64,000 bases of DNA from Octopus sinensis (lineage: Eukaryota): the NCBI RefSeq assembly GCF_006345805.1, contig NC_043009.1, forward strand, positions 20,150,001 through 20,214,000. The letters are read 5' to 3'. The translations under genes were made by a program, and so were the position numbers. Below, piece after piece: positions 34,136 to 47,681 of this stretch. The notes beneath the pieces are model-generated. The model worked only from the letters and a program-made list of their open reading frames with translations. It was not told the DNA's origin and did not search any database. Position 1 is the stretch's first letter. Every line of letters starts with the position of its first letter.

Positions 34136-35318
34136 TTTAGAATGACCAAAGAGCCTTAGAGTTAACCTAGCAAAAATCAAAGTGTTAGTAAGTAGCAAAG
34201 TAGACAAATCACAAATCCTTTCAGGTAGATGGCCTTGCTTGATCTGCAAGCTTTGGACACATAAAATGTGCAGCAATATCAGAATAGGGTTAACAGGGAA
34301 ACTAGCTTTTGTATGTGGAAAATACACAGGTACAATAAACGCTGAAAATGTGCAGAAAATAGATTCCGTCAACTGCCAGTGGGGTAAGCTAGAGGTAGTA
34401 GATAGCTTCCATTATGTAGGTGATCAAGTTAGTAGTGGAGGTGGATGTTCCAAGAGCGTAGCTGTGAGAATAAGATAAGGCTGGGCAAAGTTCAGAGATC
34501 TCCTACCCCTGCTGGCAACAAAGGGCCTTTCTCTTAGAGTGAAAGGCAGACTGTATGCAAACATCTCTGCTACATGGTAGTGAAACATGGGCTGTGACAG
34601 CTGAGGACATGCACAGGCTTGAAAGAAATGAAGCCAGTGTGCTTCACTAGATGTGCAATGTCAGTGTGCATGTTCGACAGAGCATAAACATCTTAAGAGA
34701 AAAGTTAGGTATAAAAGGCATCAGATGTGTTGTGGAAGAGAGACGACTGCACTGGTACGGATGAGGACAGCTGTATAAAGAAGTGCCGATCTCTAACTGT
34801 GGAGGGAATGTGTGGTAGAAGTAGACCCAGGAAGACCTGGGATGAGGTGGTGAAGTATGATCTTTGAGCCTCAGGGACAATGACTAGTGACTGAGACCAT
34901 TGGCGATGTGCTGTGCTTGTCATGGTAACTGGCACCCATGTTGGTGGCACGAAAAAAACACCATTTGAGCGTTGGGCCTCATGGAGGCAATGACCAAGAA
35001 CTTTGGCATTATGTTTTGCTTGAGAAGACCCATCAAGCTGAACAAAATCACAGTCGTGGCAGATACTGGTGTCATGCAAATGGCACCCATGCCAGTGGCT
35101 TGTAAAAGCACCCTGGTGTCACACAAATGGCATGTGTGCCGGTGGCATGTAAAAGCACCCACTGCACTCTCGGAGTGGTTGGCATTAGGAAGGGAATCCA
35201 GCTGTAGAAAACCATTCCAAATCAGATTGGAGTCTGGTGCAGTCTTCCAGTGAGCCAGCCCAGTCAATCCATCCTACCTATGCCTCCATTAACAAAAGGG
35301 ACATTAAATGATGATGAT
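34136..35318 (+). mobile_element. RTE (RTE-X-like) LINE 3' fragment with 3' UTR and (GAT)n tail
   Basis: GRWPC..C..WTHK.CSNI..FVCG cysteine-rich insert, LEVVDSFHYVGD, WAKFRDLLPLL.TKGLSLRVKG; frameshifted. Confidence 0.88.
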
Positions 35319-36834
35319 TGTGGAGTAGGTGTGAGAGGCCAGACTTAGATGGTTTAAAAATAAAGCAGGTAGAATATTGGGCTGGATATGGTGAGTTTAA
35401 ATGTTGAAAGGTTAAGCAAAGTAGTTTTGGATTTGGAATTCAAAGTTGCTGCAAAGCTTTTAATTTCACTCAGCATAATTTGTATGAAAATCATTGCAAG
35501 AAAATAATGGAATGATAGACATGATGAATCTCTATTTTGATATACTTTTGGCCTTGAATTTTTAAAAAGCATAAGTTATCTGCCTGGCTTATCTCTCTGG
35601 AATTATTAAAATTGCTTTTTGCATAATGGAAATTCACACCTGAACAAAGAGATCAGATTATTGGAAGATGGCATAGAATCTTAATTATAAAAGGACATTT
35701 TAAAATTGTTTAACTTTTGAATTTAGAAAATGCAGTTTCTGGTTATTATGAAGTCTCTGGACATGGTAAAAGAAATGAACAGATGAACATGTTTAATGCT
35801 TCTCTTGAAGAATCAGAAGAGAGGGAATTCTGGAAGAAGGATTGGGTGTTGTTAATAAGGGTGGCACAAGAGCAGTGGCTGCTGTAGTAACTCTACAAAT
35901 GACAGAAGGAGGATACAGCATGTCTGTGTGATGGAGAATTCTGAAAGCTAACTGGTTACTTAGCAACAAGGTATACATCGGATCAAGTTTGTTCTAATGT
36001 GAAAGAAAGAGAGAAATGATTAGGAGTTAGGAGCTGGCTCAGGTGGAAAAAGAAAATTGTGAGAAAACCCTGGAATATAATTAAAGGTGAAAGATGTTTC
36101 TTTGAGAAGCAGCTTCTAAATGGAGAAAACAAATAAAGTGAGGCTTGGTGGTCATGAGACATCATCATCATAAGACATTTATTCAATAGCTTGGGTGGTT
36201 CTACATAATTCTTTGACATGATTCTGTGAGGTCTGCTGTTCTAGCCCCATCATTTCTTTATTTACTTCAATACATCACAAATTACCACAGCAGCAGATGT
36301 TGCTACTCCACTTTGCATTAACTGTACATTTCATGTTATCTTTAATATCCAGTTATATCATCTGAACATACCAGCATTGTGCATCTCCTGTAATTTAACA
36401 TTACACATCCAGTAACATAATTCATCTTTCTCCAACCTCTACACACACACATTTATGATATATCCTTTTGTCTTTAGCTGTGTATGGTGATATTTCTACT
36501 CTAGTTTCAGAAGATTAACTACACAAAGAACTGTGGCTGTGGTGTGTTTGGTTGAGTACTAATGAGCTGCTTAAGCAATAAAGTGTACAAAATTACTCAA
36601 CTATTCTGTGTTATTCTATGTCATTGATAGACTGAAACACAGAAATGTTTCACCACAAAAAATGTACAGATTAACAATCTTTTGTTTTAATTTCAGTGGA
36701 ACAACCATTCATTTCTGCTTAATACAGAACTAATGTTTTCTGTCAGAAAAGAGCATCATAATAATTGATGGAGAGTGGTCAGGTGTTGTGTGTGTGAGTG
36801 TGCATGCATGAAAGAAACCTGCAGAAATATTAAT

Positions 36835-37063
36835 CTCTTTATTGCCTACAGGGGGCTAAACATAGAGGGGACAAACAAAGACAGACAAAGGATTAAGTCG
36901 ATTACATTGATCCCTTTGCATAACCGGTACTTATTTAATTGACCCAAAAAGGATGAAAGGTGAAGTCGACTTCAGCAGAATTTGAACTCAGAACATAAAG
37001 ATAGACGAAATACTGCTAAGCATTTCGCCTGGCATGCTAATGATTCTGCCAGCTCGATTCCTT
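36835..37063 (-). mobile_element. Full-length SINE family B, 19-bp TSD
   Basis: TSD AACCTGCAGAAATATTAAT at 36816-36834 and 37064-37082. Confidence 0.9.
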
Positions 37064-37279
37064 AACCTGCAGAAATATTAATAAGTTAATTGAAGTAATT
37101 TAGTAACTATTTTTATTGGTGTAACCTATTCATTCACACACACAAAACTAAAATGACAGTATATAACCCATTTCATATTAGTTCTGCCCACCTATTTTCC
37201 ACCCAAATAAAATTAATTTTTGTTTTCACAAACAAGTTCAGTATATTGATCACTTTCCTATTGATTTCCTCTGTTGCAG

Positions 37280-37441
37280 GTCGAATGTTCACCGTTGGCC
37301 TGTTTATGGGTCCAGCCACACATTTTTGGTATACGTTCCTTGATAAAATGTTAGTTGGAACTGCAGGAATAACGGTCTTGAAGAAGATTTGTGCTGATCA
37401 GGCAGTGGCAGCGCCGTATTTCTGTACAACATTCTTAGTGG
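37280..37441 (+). CDS. MPV17L2: MPV17L2 coding exon 2
   Basis: ttgcag|GT CGA ATG: GRMFTVGLFMGPATHFWYTFLDKML..VLKKICADQAVAAPY..FLV G|gtcagt; phase 1 to 1. Confidence 0.92.
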
Positions 37442-37678
37442 GTCAGTTCTCTCTTCTTGTTTCAACAAATATTTTGAATGTGTTGTCTCTTTGCTTTTTC
37501 ATATTCAGTTGTCAGGTCCAGTGACTCAGTATAGTGCTACAATGAGACACCCCCCCAACTGTAGTATATACACCTCTACTGTATGTGGCGCTGCTGTAAT
37601 ATACATCATTGTATAAGACAAAAATAAATGATAAAATATGTTGGTACCTTATGTCTACCCTATATTCTCCATGTTTAG

Positions 37679-37755
37679 GTATGTCGTTATTGGAAGGAAA
37701 AGGTTGGAAAGTTGCTGTAGGAGAACTGAAGGAAAAATTCCTCACAATTTATATG
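37679..37755 (+). CDS. MPV17L2: MPV17L2 coding exon 3
   Basis: tttag|GMSLLEGKGWKVAVGELKEKFLTIYM|gtaaga; phase 1 to 0. Confidence 0.92.
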
Positions 37756-38802
37756 GTAAGACCACAACTGTTGGTACCTTTTTGTATTCCATTATTAATT
37801 TTGGATTCATTTAATAACTTCTTCATTGGCCAAATAGTGGTGGTGGTGATGGGGGGAGATGCCCCATGGAACATGTGATGCCTTCTTGGACAAAATGTTT
37901 TTATATTTGGTTTCTGCAACCTGAGTTCACTTGCAAATAACATTGATGCCAAGTGGCATCAACCTTGCCATTCTGTAGAACAACATTGGTATCAATGACA
38001 GGGGCAGGAAAGGAGACATGTTGCCTGGTTGACTTTTAAGACTTGTTGTTATCTGCACCATGGAGGGAAACAGCCTGGATAGGATCTATAAGGAACCCTA
38101 ATAGAATCCACCAATTCATGGCATCACAGATTCTCAATATTTTATGATTTATTCATTATTTTTCAAGTAAACGATTTTGGACCAAAATTGTGGTATATTG
38201 GTTGATAACTACTTACTATGGCTACCAGCTGGTTAGTAGTTAAAGAGCCAAAAGACCTTTAAAGGCCTTGTACATATGTTAAAGACGGTGATAGCATATG
38301 GACATATGTCTAATGACTATTTTAAGAATTATTGCCATCATCCACTTCAACAACAAGCAACAGAGTTTGATAGAACAATGTGTAAAAATAATTCAGTTTT
38401 TGGTTTTTTTACCTTCATAATTTTCAGTTCAAACCCTATTGAAATTATTACCTTTACTTCTCATCTCCCGGGGTCATTAAAGATACAAACCATCTTCTGT
38501 CAGAGACCAAGATTATTTCATTTCTTACAGCATTATTTCACTGCACCATTGAGTGCAGCTGTGAACACCATGCATATACAGAGGAGTGTTTTCCTCATGT
38601 AGTGATGGCTCTCCATGGTGTGTATGTGTGCAATGTCCTGTGTTGCTTCCGTATGTGGTGAATGTATCTGTAAGTCCTGGTGCTTCGGTTATGCCTTTCT
38701 CTGCATCATCTGTAACCATTCCCAAGACTCTTAGAGAGATTATTTCTCTTTTCAAACCCCACTTTCTGGTCTGGATTTCCAGACTTATTATTATTATATC
38801 AT

Positions 38803-39240
38803 CATTAAGGCTGCAAGCTGGCGGAATCGTTAGCATGCTGGGCACAATGCTTAGTGGCATTTTGTCCGTCTTCACATTCTAAGTTCAAATTCTGAGATCA
38901 ACTTTTCCTTTCAAGGTTAATGAATTAAGCACCATTGAAATACTGGGGTCAATGTAATCAACTAGTCCCCTCCCCCAAATTTCAGACCTTGTGCCTTTGG
39001 TAGAAAGGATTATTATTATCATTAAGATGGTGAGTTGGCAGAATCGTTCGCATGCTGGGAAAAATGCTTAGTGGCATTTCATTCGTCTTTATGTTCTAAG
39101 TTCAAATTCTGCTGAGGTCGACTTTGCTTTACATCCTTTTGCGGTTGATAAATTAAGTATCAGTCAAGTCCCCAGGTCAATGTCATCAACTATCCCCCTC
39201 CCCACAAATTCCAGGCCTTGTGCCTATAGTAGAAAAGATT
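38803..39240 (+). mobile_element. Two head-to-tail SINE family B variant copies
   Basis: Repeated GCTGGC.GAATCGTT.GCATGCTGGG..AATGCTTAGTGGCATTT head and GTGCCT.T.GTAGAAA.GATTATT tail. Confidence 0.75.
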
Positions 39241-39280
39241 ATTGTTATTATTATTGACATAACTTTTTCTCTTGTTTTAG

Positions 39281-39409
39281 ATGGATTGGTTAATTTGGCC
39301 CCCATCACAGTTCATCAACTTCTACTTCCTGCCCACCAGGTTCCGTGTGGTTTATGTCTGTTTTATTACACTCATATGGGATGCCCTTTTGTCGTACATT
39401 AAACATAAG
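39281..39409 (+). CDS. MPV17L2: MPV17L2 coding exon 4
   Basis: ttttag|MDWLIWPPSQFINFYFLPTRFRVVYVCFITLIWDALLSYIKHK|gtaaga; W..WPP.Q.INF family signature. Confidence 0.93.
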
Positions 39410-39484
39410 GTAAGACACAGCCATTGCCTGCCCCTACAAGTATTTTTTTACACTACATTCCCTCTTTTACTTTCTCACACACAT

Positions 39485-39525
<41 letters not shown>

Positions 39526-39629
39526 CAATGTTTTTAATTTCGTGCATGCACATTGTTTGTTTTTGATTTTGTCGACTACACAGTATAGTAGGGTCAGTTG
39601 GGCATCCTCTGTATTTGAAAAACAGCATC

Positions 39630-40310
39630 ATGACGCAATTCACTCTGCCAGAAATTTGGAAGCAACATGCTGTACTGCTTAGCATTCACACCGGAAGCTC
39701 CAATACAAGCAGATGGTGAACACATAGAACAACTGTTGGCTTGTTGTATCCTCAAAACATGTACAGAGAGCGATAAAAATCAAACATCCAGTCAACATCA
39801 TGGTGTTTGGAGTGATCACTAGTGATGGAGATGTTATGCATCCATTCATCTTCCCTGGGTCAAAAGGGTGGCTGCTGAAAGACTCTATGTCTGGCAGCAG
39901 GACTCTGCACCATGCCATACAAGCAGGAGGACCCATTCATGGCTGTCAGACAATTTCTGTGACCACATCACCCCTAACTCCCCAAACTGCAACCCCCTTG
40001 ATTATTATGTGTGGGGCACAGTTGAGCGAGAGGCCAACAAAACTCCTTGTAACACCAAAGATGAACTGAAGGCAAAGATTATGGCAACATTCACTGATTA
40101 AAGCAAGGTGATCATCCAGAAGAGTTGCAGGAGATTCCGAAGTCTTCTGGAGGCCGTGATTGAAGCCAACGGCGATTTTATTGAATAAATTTACTTTGGT
40201 ATTTCAAGATATTTTTATGTAATTTTGGTAAATATATCTGTTAAAAATGAGATGTCAGTGTAATTTTCATTTTTGCATAATTTAGGCAACAATATATTCA
40301 CTGTGCCCTG
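39630..40310 (+). mobile_element. Tc1/mariner (maT/DD37D-like) transposon remnant with right TIR
   Basis: MTQFTLPEIWK.., IMVFGVITSDG..PFIFP, VWQQDSAPCHTS..NSPNCNPLDYYVWG..RFRSLLEAVIEANGDFIE*; ends CCCTG|TA. D-to-D spacing is 32 here and 37 if a deleted IWPPN is restored (inference). Confidence 0.85.
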
Positions 40311-40320
40311 TATATATACA

Positions 40321-40533
40321 CAAGGGGATGCTGAAAAGTTGCTGGCTTTGGGTAAAAGAAAATAGAGGGGGATCAGTTAATTATGATTTTATTCAACATA
40401 TTCTCTTCTCAGATTTACACAATGCAGCAGTCCATCAATTTTTCTAAGCCCTGTAAAAGGGCTCAGAAGGTTGGGCCTCCAACCAGACTTTTCATGATAC
40501 CCTTGAAACCAAGAACTTTTCAACACCCCCTCC
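40321..40533. mobile_element. Mariner-type MITE
   Basis: CAAGGGGATGCTGAAAAGTTGCTGG and CCAAGAACTTTTCAACACCCCCTCC|TA are imperfect TIRs. Confidence 0.65.
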
Positions 40534-42587
40534 TATACACCCTTTATTGCCAACTGAGGGGGAATAGCTTTTGCTGAGGAGGTCTAATAACACTGTAATA
40601 AGTCTTGTTTACATTCACCCATTGGTTTTATAAATATGATCTAAAGTTATTTCCCTTTTTGCAAACATTCTTGGAGGGAGTTTCTACAAATTGCTTAGAT
40701 AATTTCTATTTATCAGTTTTTTCCATTCACCACCCTGCAGTACTTATATTTAGAATGGTCTTTTAAGTGATTTCTTCACAACTATATTGTTTGCCAAGAT
40801 CAATAAGATAAAGTACCAGTTGCATACTTACCGGGGTCAATCTAACTAACTGAAACCCTTTCCTATGTTAAGGCCCTGTGTCTAATTATAAAGATTCCTT
40901 AAACATTTAACAATGTTCTGAAAATAAAGTTTGCAGTATTTGTAGAAGAATTGGCTATTTCCCCCCAGTTCTTTATTTCATTGACTGGTTAAATTTTGTA
41001 TTCCAGTAGAAGTATTTAACTGCTATCTGGAAGTATTCAATATGATTCCAAGTACATGTTTGATCCATTCATGATCTTCTTGTGTTCCTAATTATAAAAT
41101 GCTAGTTCTATAAATTCTATCAGTATTCCTGCAATTATTCTTGTTTGGAAATATTGTTTGATGTTTCGGAAACAAGTTACCTTCATATGGTTCTGTATTC
41201 AGTCCCTCTGCACAGCACCTTGGGCAAGAGTCTTGTACATTAGATTCAAGTTGACCAATGCCTTTTGAAGAGAAAAGCATGATTTATGTCCTGCAGATAT
41301 ATTAGAAGGGTCATCACAAACCAAGTCAGTTCTTATTCAGAATTGCCCTCTTTGATGAATCAGTGGACAAAATTCAGACATTTCAAGACTTGGCATGATT
41401 GCCATGGTTGGATGCCCTTCCTATCTCCAACCAATGCACTTTGGATTGGATGAATTGTTGTATGTATGTCTGCCTACCCTTTTCTTTCTCTCTCTCTACA
41501 CACATAGCTAACTGGTATTTGTTCCAGTTCTCTGCTCTAAGTCCAAAGCCAACTTTGCCTTTCATATTTTCAAGAAATAAAGAACCAAACCAGGACAGTG
41601 GAATTGGTAGAGCACCAGACAGAGATACCTTCTGGTATTTGTGTCCAGCACTTTGTGTTTTGAGTTGTTAATTAGTGTATGTCATCCATTGCCTGGTCCT
41701 TGGGGACTGTTGCAGACATCCAAGCCAGCTCCCTGGTTCAAGGATAGCCTCCTCCCCACTTTTGGGAATCAATGGCACTTAGTTTCCGTCTTTGTTGAAA
41801 TGGTGAAAACAAAAGATAACCCATCAATGAGCAAAAACCAACAAACCGATGCCCCTAGTAATACCTAGTGGTACTGATTCTGCCTGAGTCGCTTAAATAA
41901 AATCAACTAGTTTTATCAGCATTTGTTAAACGTCACACTTGATGTGTTCCGAAAAATATAATTTTAGCTCATTTGACCAATTTTGACATTTGTTTCAGGA
42001 ATGTTCCACTTGTCTTTCTATAAATGGAACTCAGTCTGTTATGCCTGGCACAGATGTTGGCACACTGGGTTCACAACCAGGGTCCAGATGACCCTTTGCG
42101 GCTTCTGTATAAGATTTTGGTGTTAAAAGTTATGTGCTATGAATTGCTTGTATTTCTGCAATGTATACAAGATTGGAGCCTGGTGTGGCCTACTGGCTTG
42201 CCAGTCCCCCAGTCAAACTATCCAACTCATGCCAGCATGGAAAACACGTTAAACGATGATGATGATACAAAATATTTTAACAATTTTTAAAAATACAATT
42301 CCTAATAATATTTAATTATAAAAATACAAAAGGATTTTTTTTTTATCCACTGAATGGCTGTCGAGGTCCAGAACCATCATGTTAGAATAATGTCTATGTA
42401 CCAGTGTCACAGGTAAGGTAGTGGAATAGCGTGTGTTTATGTGTGTGTACATAAAATAGATATGCTTTGGTCCAACCTTTTTGCTCTGTTGATCTTAAAA
42501 GATGGAAATTTAATGAAATATGAAAAAAGAAAATCCAGAATTGATTTTTTTTTGTTTTGTTTATAAAAGCCTTATTTTCTTTTATAG

Positions 42588-42647
42588 GACAAATCACATC
42601 AAAAAGAGGATGCCTTGAAGGAAAAAGATGTGATGAAAATGTCTTGA
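42588..42647 (+). CDS. MPV17L2: MPV17L2 probable terminal coding exon 5
   Basis: Strong acceptor ccttattttcttttatag|, phase 0, DKSHQKEDALKEKDVMKMS*; gives a 199-aa protein; AATAAA at ~42925. Confidence 0.6.
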   Translation, partial: DKSHQKEDALKEKDVMKMS

Positions 42648-44908
42648 AGTCTGGTGCAAGATTTATAACAAAAAAATATATAATTCCTTGAATCTTAATA
42701 TTTTGATGAAATCCCTAAATTTCTCTGCAGGGGGTGGGGTCAGTTCTGCCTGAAACCTGTAATACTCATATTTTATTAAAACAACTTTTAAATGGTTTTT
42801 TTTTTTTTAACATTCTTATAACTCTTATGCTTTTATAATCCCACAACTCAAACTACGACCCACGACTCACCAGTATGAAATATTTGTTCATTTAACCTAT
42901 TTCAAAAAGTAAAATGTCAAAAAAATAAAACGTTTTTTTTTTAAAATTTAGTTCAGTATTTATTGATAAAACAAAAACCAAATTTTTAGCAGCTTTTGAT
43001 AAATCAGAAGAAACACAGTCATAGACAATCTTGCAAACAAACTGTAATAAAAACAGTGGCAGCTCATCTCTAATTGGTTGCTAACGATAACGACGTACAA
43101 TATAGAAACCGAGTGTTTTTATCATCATCATCATTTTAAAGTTCCATTTACTTCCATGTTGGCATGGGTCGGATGAATCAACTTAGGCTGAGTTACTCCT
43201 TATTTGGAGCAACAACCCTCGTGTGTGTGTTATTTCGCTTTTGAAATTCAACCTTGTTTCTTGAGATCAACCTCCACCATTTCTTCCCAAGTCTTTCTAA
43301 ACATACTTTCAGTATGTCTTTTGGATTTAGTTGAGAGATGTAAGATAACGGTAGAGACGTTCAGATGCATTTTGGGTTTGATATAAAAATTTAAAGAAAG
43401 AAGAGGGAAGACAGAAGAAAAAAGTGGAAAAGAAAAAAGAATTTTGTTTGAAAAACGTTTCCATGAGAGAAGCTAATAATAACAACGTGAATGTTGACGT
43501 CTAAACGGTGACAGAGAATGCAGCATAACACTTGTGTCATCTGATTGTCATTAAAATGTCGGGAGGACACACTACTCATGGCTACCACTTAAAATTTGTG
43601 TTATTTCAAACTCGTGTGTCTAATTGTTTCAAACTGGAGGAGAAGTCATTGACACGTAATATCAATTGTTATTTGGTTTATATATTTTAATTTGAGTAAG
43701 AACAGAGCTATATCTACAAGACTGGGTGTCTGTTGGTTGAATTAGTACTGGTCGACATCTTTAAGGAAAGTGCAGGGGATAAGGGTTTTGTTGAAATGTT
43801 CTAGTTTTGGCCCAAATACTAATATTTGCTGCAAGATCAGTCTTTAATTATATTCACATCTGAAATGTTTTATAGGAATATTAAATCTACGCCAGTATAT
43901 CACCGGTACTTTGGTTTACTGACCTTAGATGAAAGGCAATGTTCGCCTGGGTCTGTTCACATCCAAAAGACTACAGAAATTTTTCACTGACCCCAGAAAG
44001 ATGAAAGACTAATGTTAACACCAGCACAAACTGAACTCTGAATGTAAAAGGTTCAGGTGAACGGTAAAGAACCAAAACATTAAATTCCTCATTCCTCTAG
44101 CAACTGAATCCATCAGTCCCCCATAACATTAGAATCTGTCATCTATGTTAAAGTTGGACAATACAGTGTATACATTTGTATACATACATATGTGTGTGTG
44201 TATATATCACAGTAGCAAAGACACCACATGCACACACTCCATTTTAGGTTTAGAATATATAACTTGCATCTTTGAGATTGTCTTCAAATAAAAACAAAGC
44301 ACCAGTTGAACACTCTAACTGACTTACCCCTCCCCTAAAAATGCTGACCTTGTGCCAAAATTAGGAACCAATATGATTTATAAACTGGAATAAAGAGATC
44401 AGGGTTGCAGCTAACTAATAGACAAATGAGAGTATAAACTGTTATTAAATATGTTATATATATGGAAGGCGTGTATATATATATAATTTCAATAATCAGA
44501 AAACGGAGAAAACTTTTGATCAACAACCAAACAAATTGGACCACATCTATAGATTATTTTTTAATACAAAACATGACATAACATTTCTTATGTCCTCGAG
44601 ATGAGGCCCTGTTCTTTCCTATTCTCTCTTCCCTTCGTTTATTTTATTTTACGCATTTGTATTCACTCTGGTGAAGCTCCATGTACTAGATCGAATCTGT
44701 TATGAAAATGATGAATATTATTTTCAAAACTCTTCCGTAAGCACCGACTAATATCAGAAGCAGAAGCAGCTGTAAGAAAGGTTGTCATATTTTGTATTAA
44801 AAATTAATCTACAGATTTGGTCCAATTTGTTTGTTGATCAAAAGATTTCTCCATTTTCTGATTATTTAAATTTGATTACTGATAAACTGTTGTCTATTCT
44901 GTTGTTAC

Positions 44909-46688
44909 CTGTACTCTACAAGCATAGTTTGCCCGTTTTCCATGCCCAGGGATAGCACAGGTAACTGATACCAGTAGCAAATATGGAGATTCTTATCCCT
45001 TAGTCGGTTACTACAACCGCTAACTCAGCTTACCTATATATATATTCTTTTATTCGTTTCAGTCATTTGACTGTGGCCATGCTGGAGCACCGCCTTTAGT
45101 CGAACAAATTGACTCCAGGACTTATTCTTTGTAAGCCTAGTACTTATTCTATCAGTCTCTTTTGCTGAACCACTAAGTTACGGGGACATAAACACACCAG
45201 TACTGGTTGTCAAGTGATGTTGGGGGGACAAACACAGACACACACATATATATATATACATACATACGACGAGCTTCTTTCAGTTTTCGTCTACCAAATC
45301 CACTCAAGGCTTTGGTTGGCTTGAGGCTATAATAAAAGACAATTGCCCACAGTGCCAGGCAGTGGGACTGAACCTGGAACCATGTGGTTGGTAAGTAAGC
45401 TACTTACCACACAGCCACCCATGAGACCATATCATCACAGGTGTGTGAGTATGTTTGTAATATCAGATGTTGTTTAAGTGATTTGCATTTAATTTCACTC
45501 CTAATGGCATCAACATGTATTTTGTTACAACACATTTATATTGATTGTGCTGTGACATAACTAAACCAAACTAATCGTTTGCCTTCGTGCAAATGTGTGT
45601 GTGTGTGTGTGTGTAAACATGAATACAAATGTCAATGTATTCAACTACCATGTTGTTTAACCCCAGTGACCCTTAGTTGAGTAAACCTATGATAAAAGTA
45701 TTCCAACTATGACCACCTTATTTACAATGGATCCAGATTGTGTTCTTCCATTTTCGAAGATAGTAAGGTGTGGTTTTAGAAAATTTACCTACTTTTCAAG
45801 CACATCAAGTGACTGCCTCTTTTAATTTAGCATGTATAAATAATAATAATAATTGACTACATTGACCCCAGTGCTCAACTGGTACCTAATTTATTGACCC
45901 TGAAAGGATGACAGGCAAAGTTGACCTCAGAAAGTAAAGACGGCGGGCATGCTGCTAACCATTTTGCCTGGAATGCTAAAATGATGGTAATACTTTGAAA
46001 TTTGGGTTGAAAGCCAGTAAATTTTAGGAGAATGTCTTTAGTCCATTACGTCAAAGTACCCAACTGGGGTTGATGGAAGTGTACTTTATTTAATTGATCC
46101 AGGACTTTATTTTATTGACCCTGAAAGGATAAAAGGCAAGGTTGGTTTTGGTGAGATTTGAACTCAGAACACAGAGAGCCAGAAGATATGTTGCTAAGCA
46201 TTTTGTCTGAGATGCTAACTATTCTGCCAGCTCACAGCCATTAATAACGATAAAATTAGTGGCTCAGGCTGTCATGCATCTGTACTAACAACCCACACAG
46301 TTTAATTTTGATTCCTACACACAGACTGACTGACACACAAACACATCTGCATGTATATATAAATAAATATATGTGTGTGTGAGTGCATCTCTCTCTCAAC
46401 ACATATATCATTATTGTTTTCATTTTCTGCTTATCCCCTACTGATATGAAAGCTGGTTTGGTTTTCTCGAGCGATGTTTTATGGTTGAATTCCTGTTTTG
46501 TCACCTCTTCCTGACGTACTTTAAATCCAGGCTATACAATTAGATGTCAATTTACTCCTACCTACATTTGCACATATGTATGTATATCGGTATAAACCTA
46601 TTTTTACATGGTGTATCATGGCAATACAGTTTCTGTTAATTTTATTACTTTCTGCCTACCCTGTAATAATTAAAAGTACCTTGACCAT
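44909..46688 (-). other. Speculative small spliced ORF (exons 46680-46695, 46442-46531, 44909-44964, then <=44769)
   Basis: GT-AG-bounded, phase-compatible exons give MVKPGFKVRQEEVTKQEFNHKTSLEKTKPAFISLPVLSLGMENGQTMLVEYSCFCF*; ACCATGG Kozak; no homolog recognised. Confidence 0.2.
45045..45420 (-). mobile_element. SINE family A, near full length
   Basis: Reverse complement of the 30867-31263 family. Confidence 0.88.
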
Positions 46689-47667
46689 GGTCACACTACA
46701 GGTAACAGTGTGTGGACAAACGACAATTTTTTCAAGTTTGATCTCTTGTTTGTCAAGTTGGGTTTCCCTTCCACATAGTTTCTCACATTTCAAATTCAAT
46801 CCAATATATATCACAGGTATCCCTAACACTCCTGTACTGGCTATAAGTACCCTCAATAATTCCACATATATTACAGGTATTCCTAATTCACAATACAATA
46901 ACAAGAAGGATATCCAGTTGTAAAAACAAGCAAATGACGAAGCTAGTTTCTAAGTAGTCGCTTGTCCTGTCAGAAACAGCAGCCAAGTCTCTGTCTACTA
47001 AGTATTAAGACGAAGGACACATTAGTTGATGTTAGTTTAGAAAAGAAGGCAAGATAATCATGGCCATGGCCCTTCTGATCAATGCCAGCTCCTCCAGTGC
47101 TGACAGGGCAATGGATTTTCTAGGGTTCTTTAGAATATAATGCATTTTTTTCAGCTGTTTGCATCAATTTCATTGTTTTGGGGTTAATAAATAGGTTCCC
47201 AGTCTAATAGGGGGTGGGGGTGGATGGGTGGAATTATCATGGCATGGGATTAAATGTTTAGTGGAGTTAATCTAGTTTAATGTCTCCTCTGATCCCTTGG
47301 TAGAATTCACTCTGTTCCTAACATTTGAATGAAATCTCTGGTCCCTTCCTGGCATTGGAAACTCCTGAAAATACGTAGGGATCATAGGACGTTGCCCTTT
47401 CCTGCCAATTTGTACTTAACAACAACTTCTGCATTGATAAATTATTCCACCTCTGCACAAATGGAGAATGACAGAAAAGGAAGAAAAACAAAGAAAAGGA
47501 AGGAAATGAAGAAATCCAGCAGAAAATGATTAAAGTCTGTTGTAACGATAAGGTAATACTTTGTGAAATATTATCCGCAGTCAAAGAAAAGGTCAGCATG
47601 TATCCGGGGGGGGGGGGGGCCATTATTCAACGGACAAAAGAAAGCTTTCTTTGGAGCAGAAGTTTTT

Positions 47668-47681
47668 GTCACCATGGTAAC
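47668..47681. promoter_or_regulatory. RFX X-box
   Basis: GTCACCATGGTAAC fits GTNRCC-N0-3-RGYAAC; an extra TAGCAAC half-site follows 3 bp later. Confidence 0.45.

Noticed and set aside
39410-39682. Read-through of MPV17L2 exon 4 as a longer ORF
   Set aside because: Strong GTAAGA donor at 39410; the extension crosses microsatellite and mariner sequence.
46656-46904. Minus-strand ORF with GIPVIY repeats
   Set aside because: Arises from a ~60-bp local tandem duplication; no convincing acceptor in a compatible phase.
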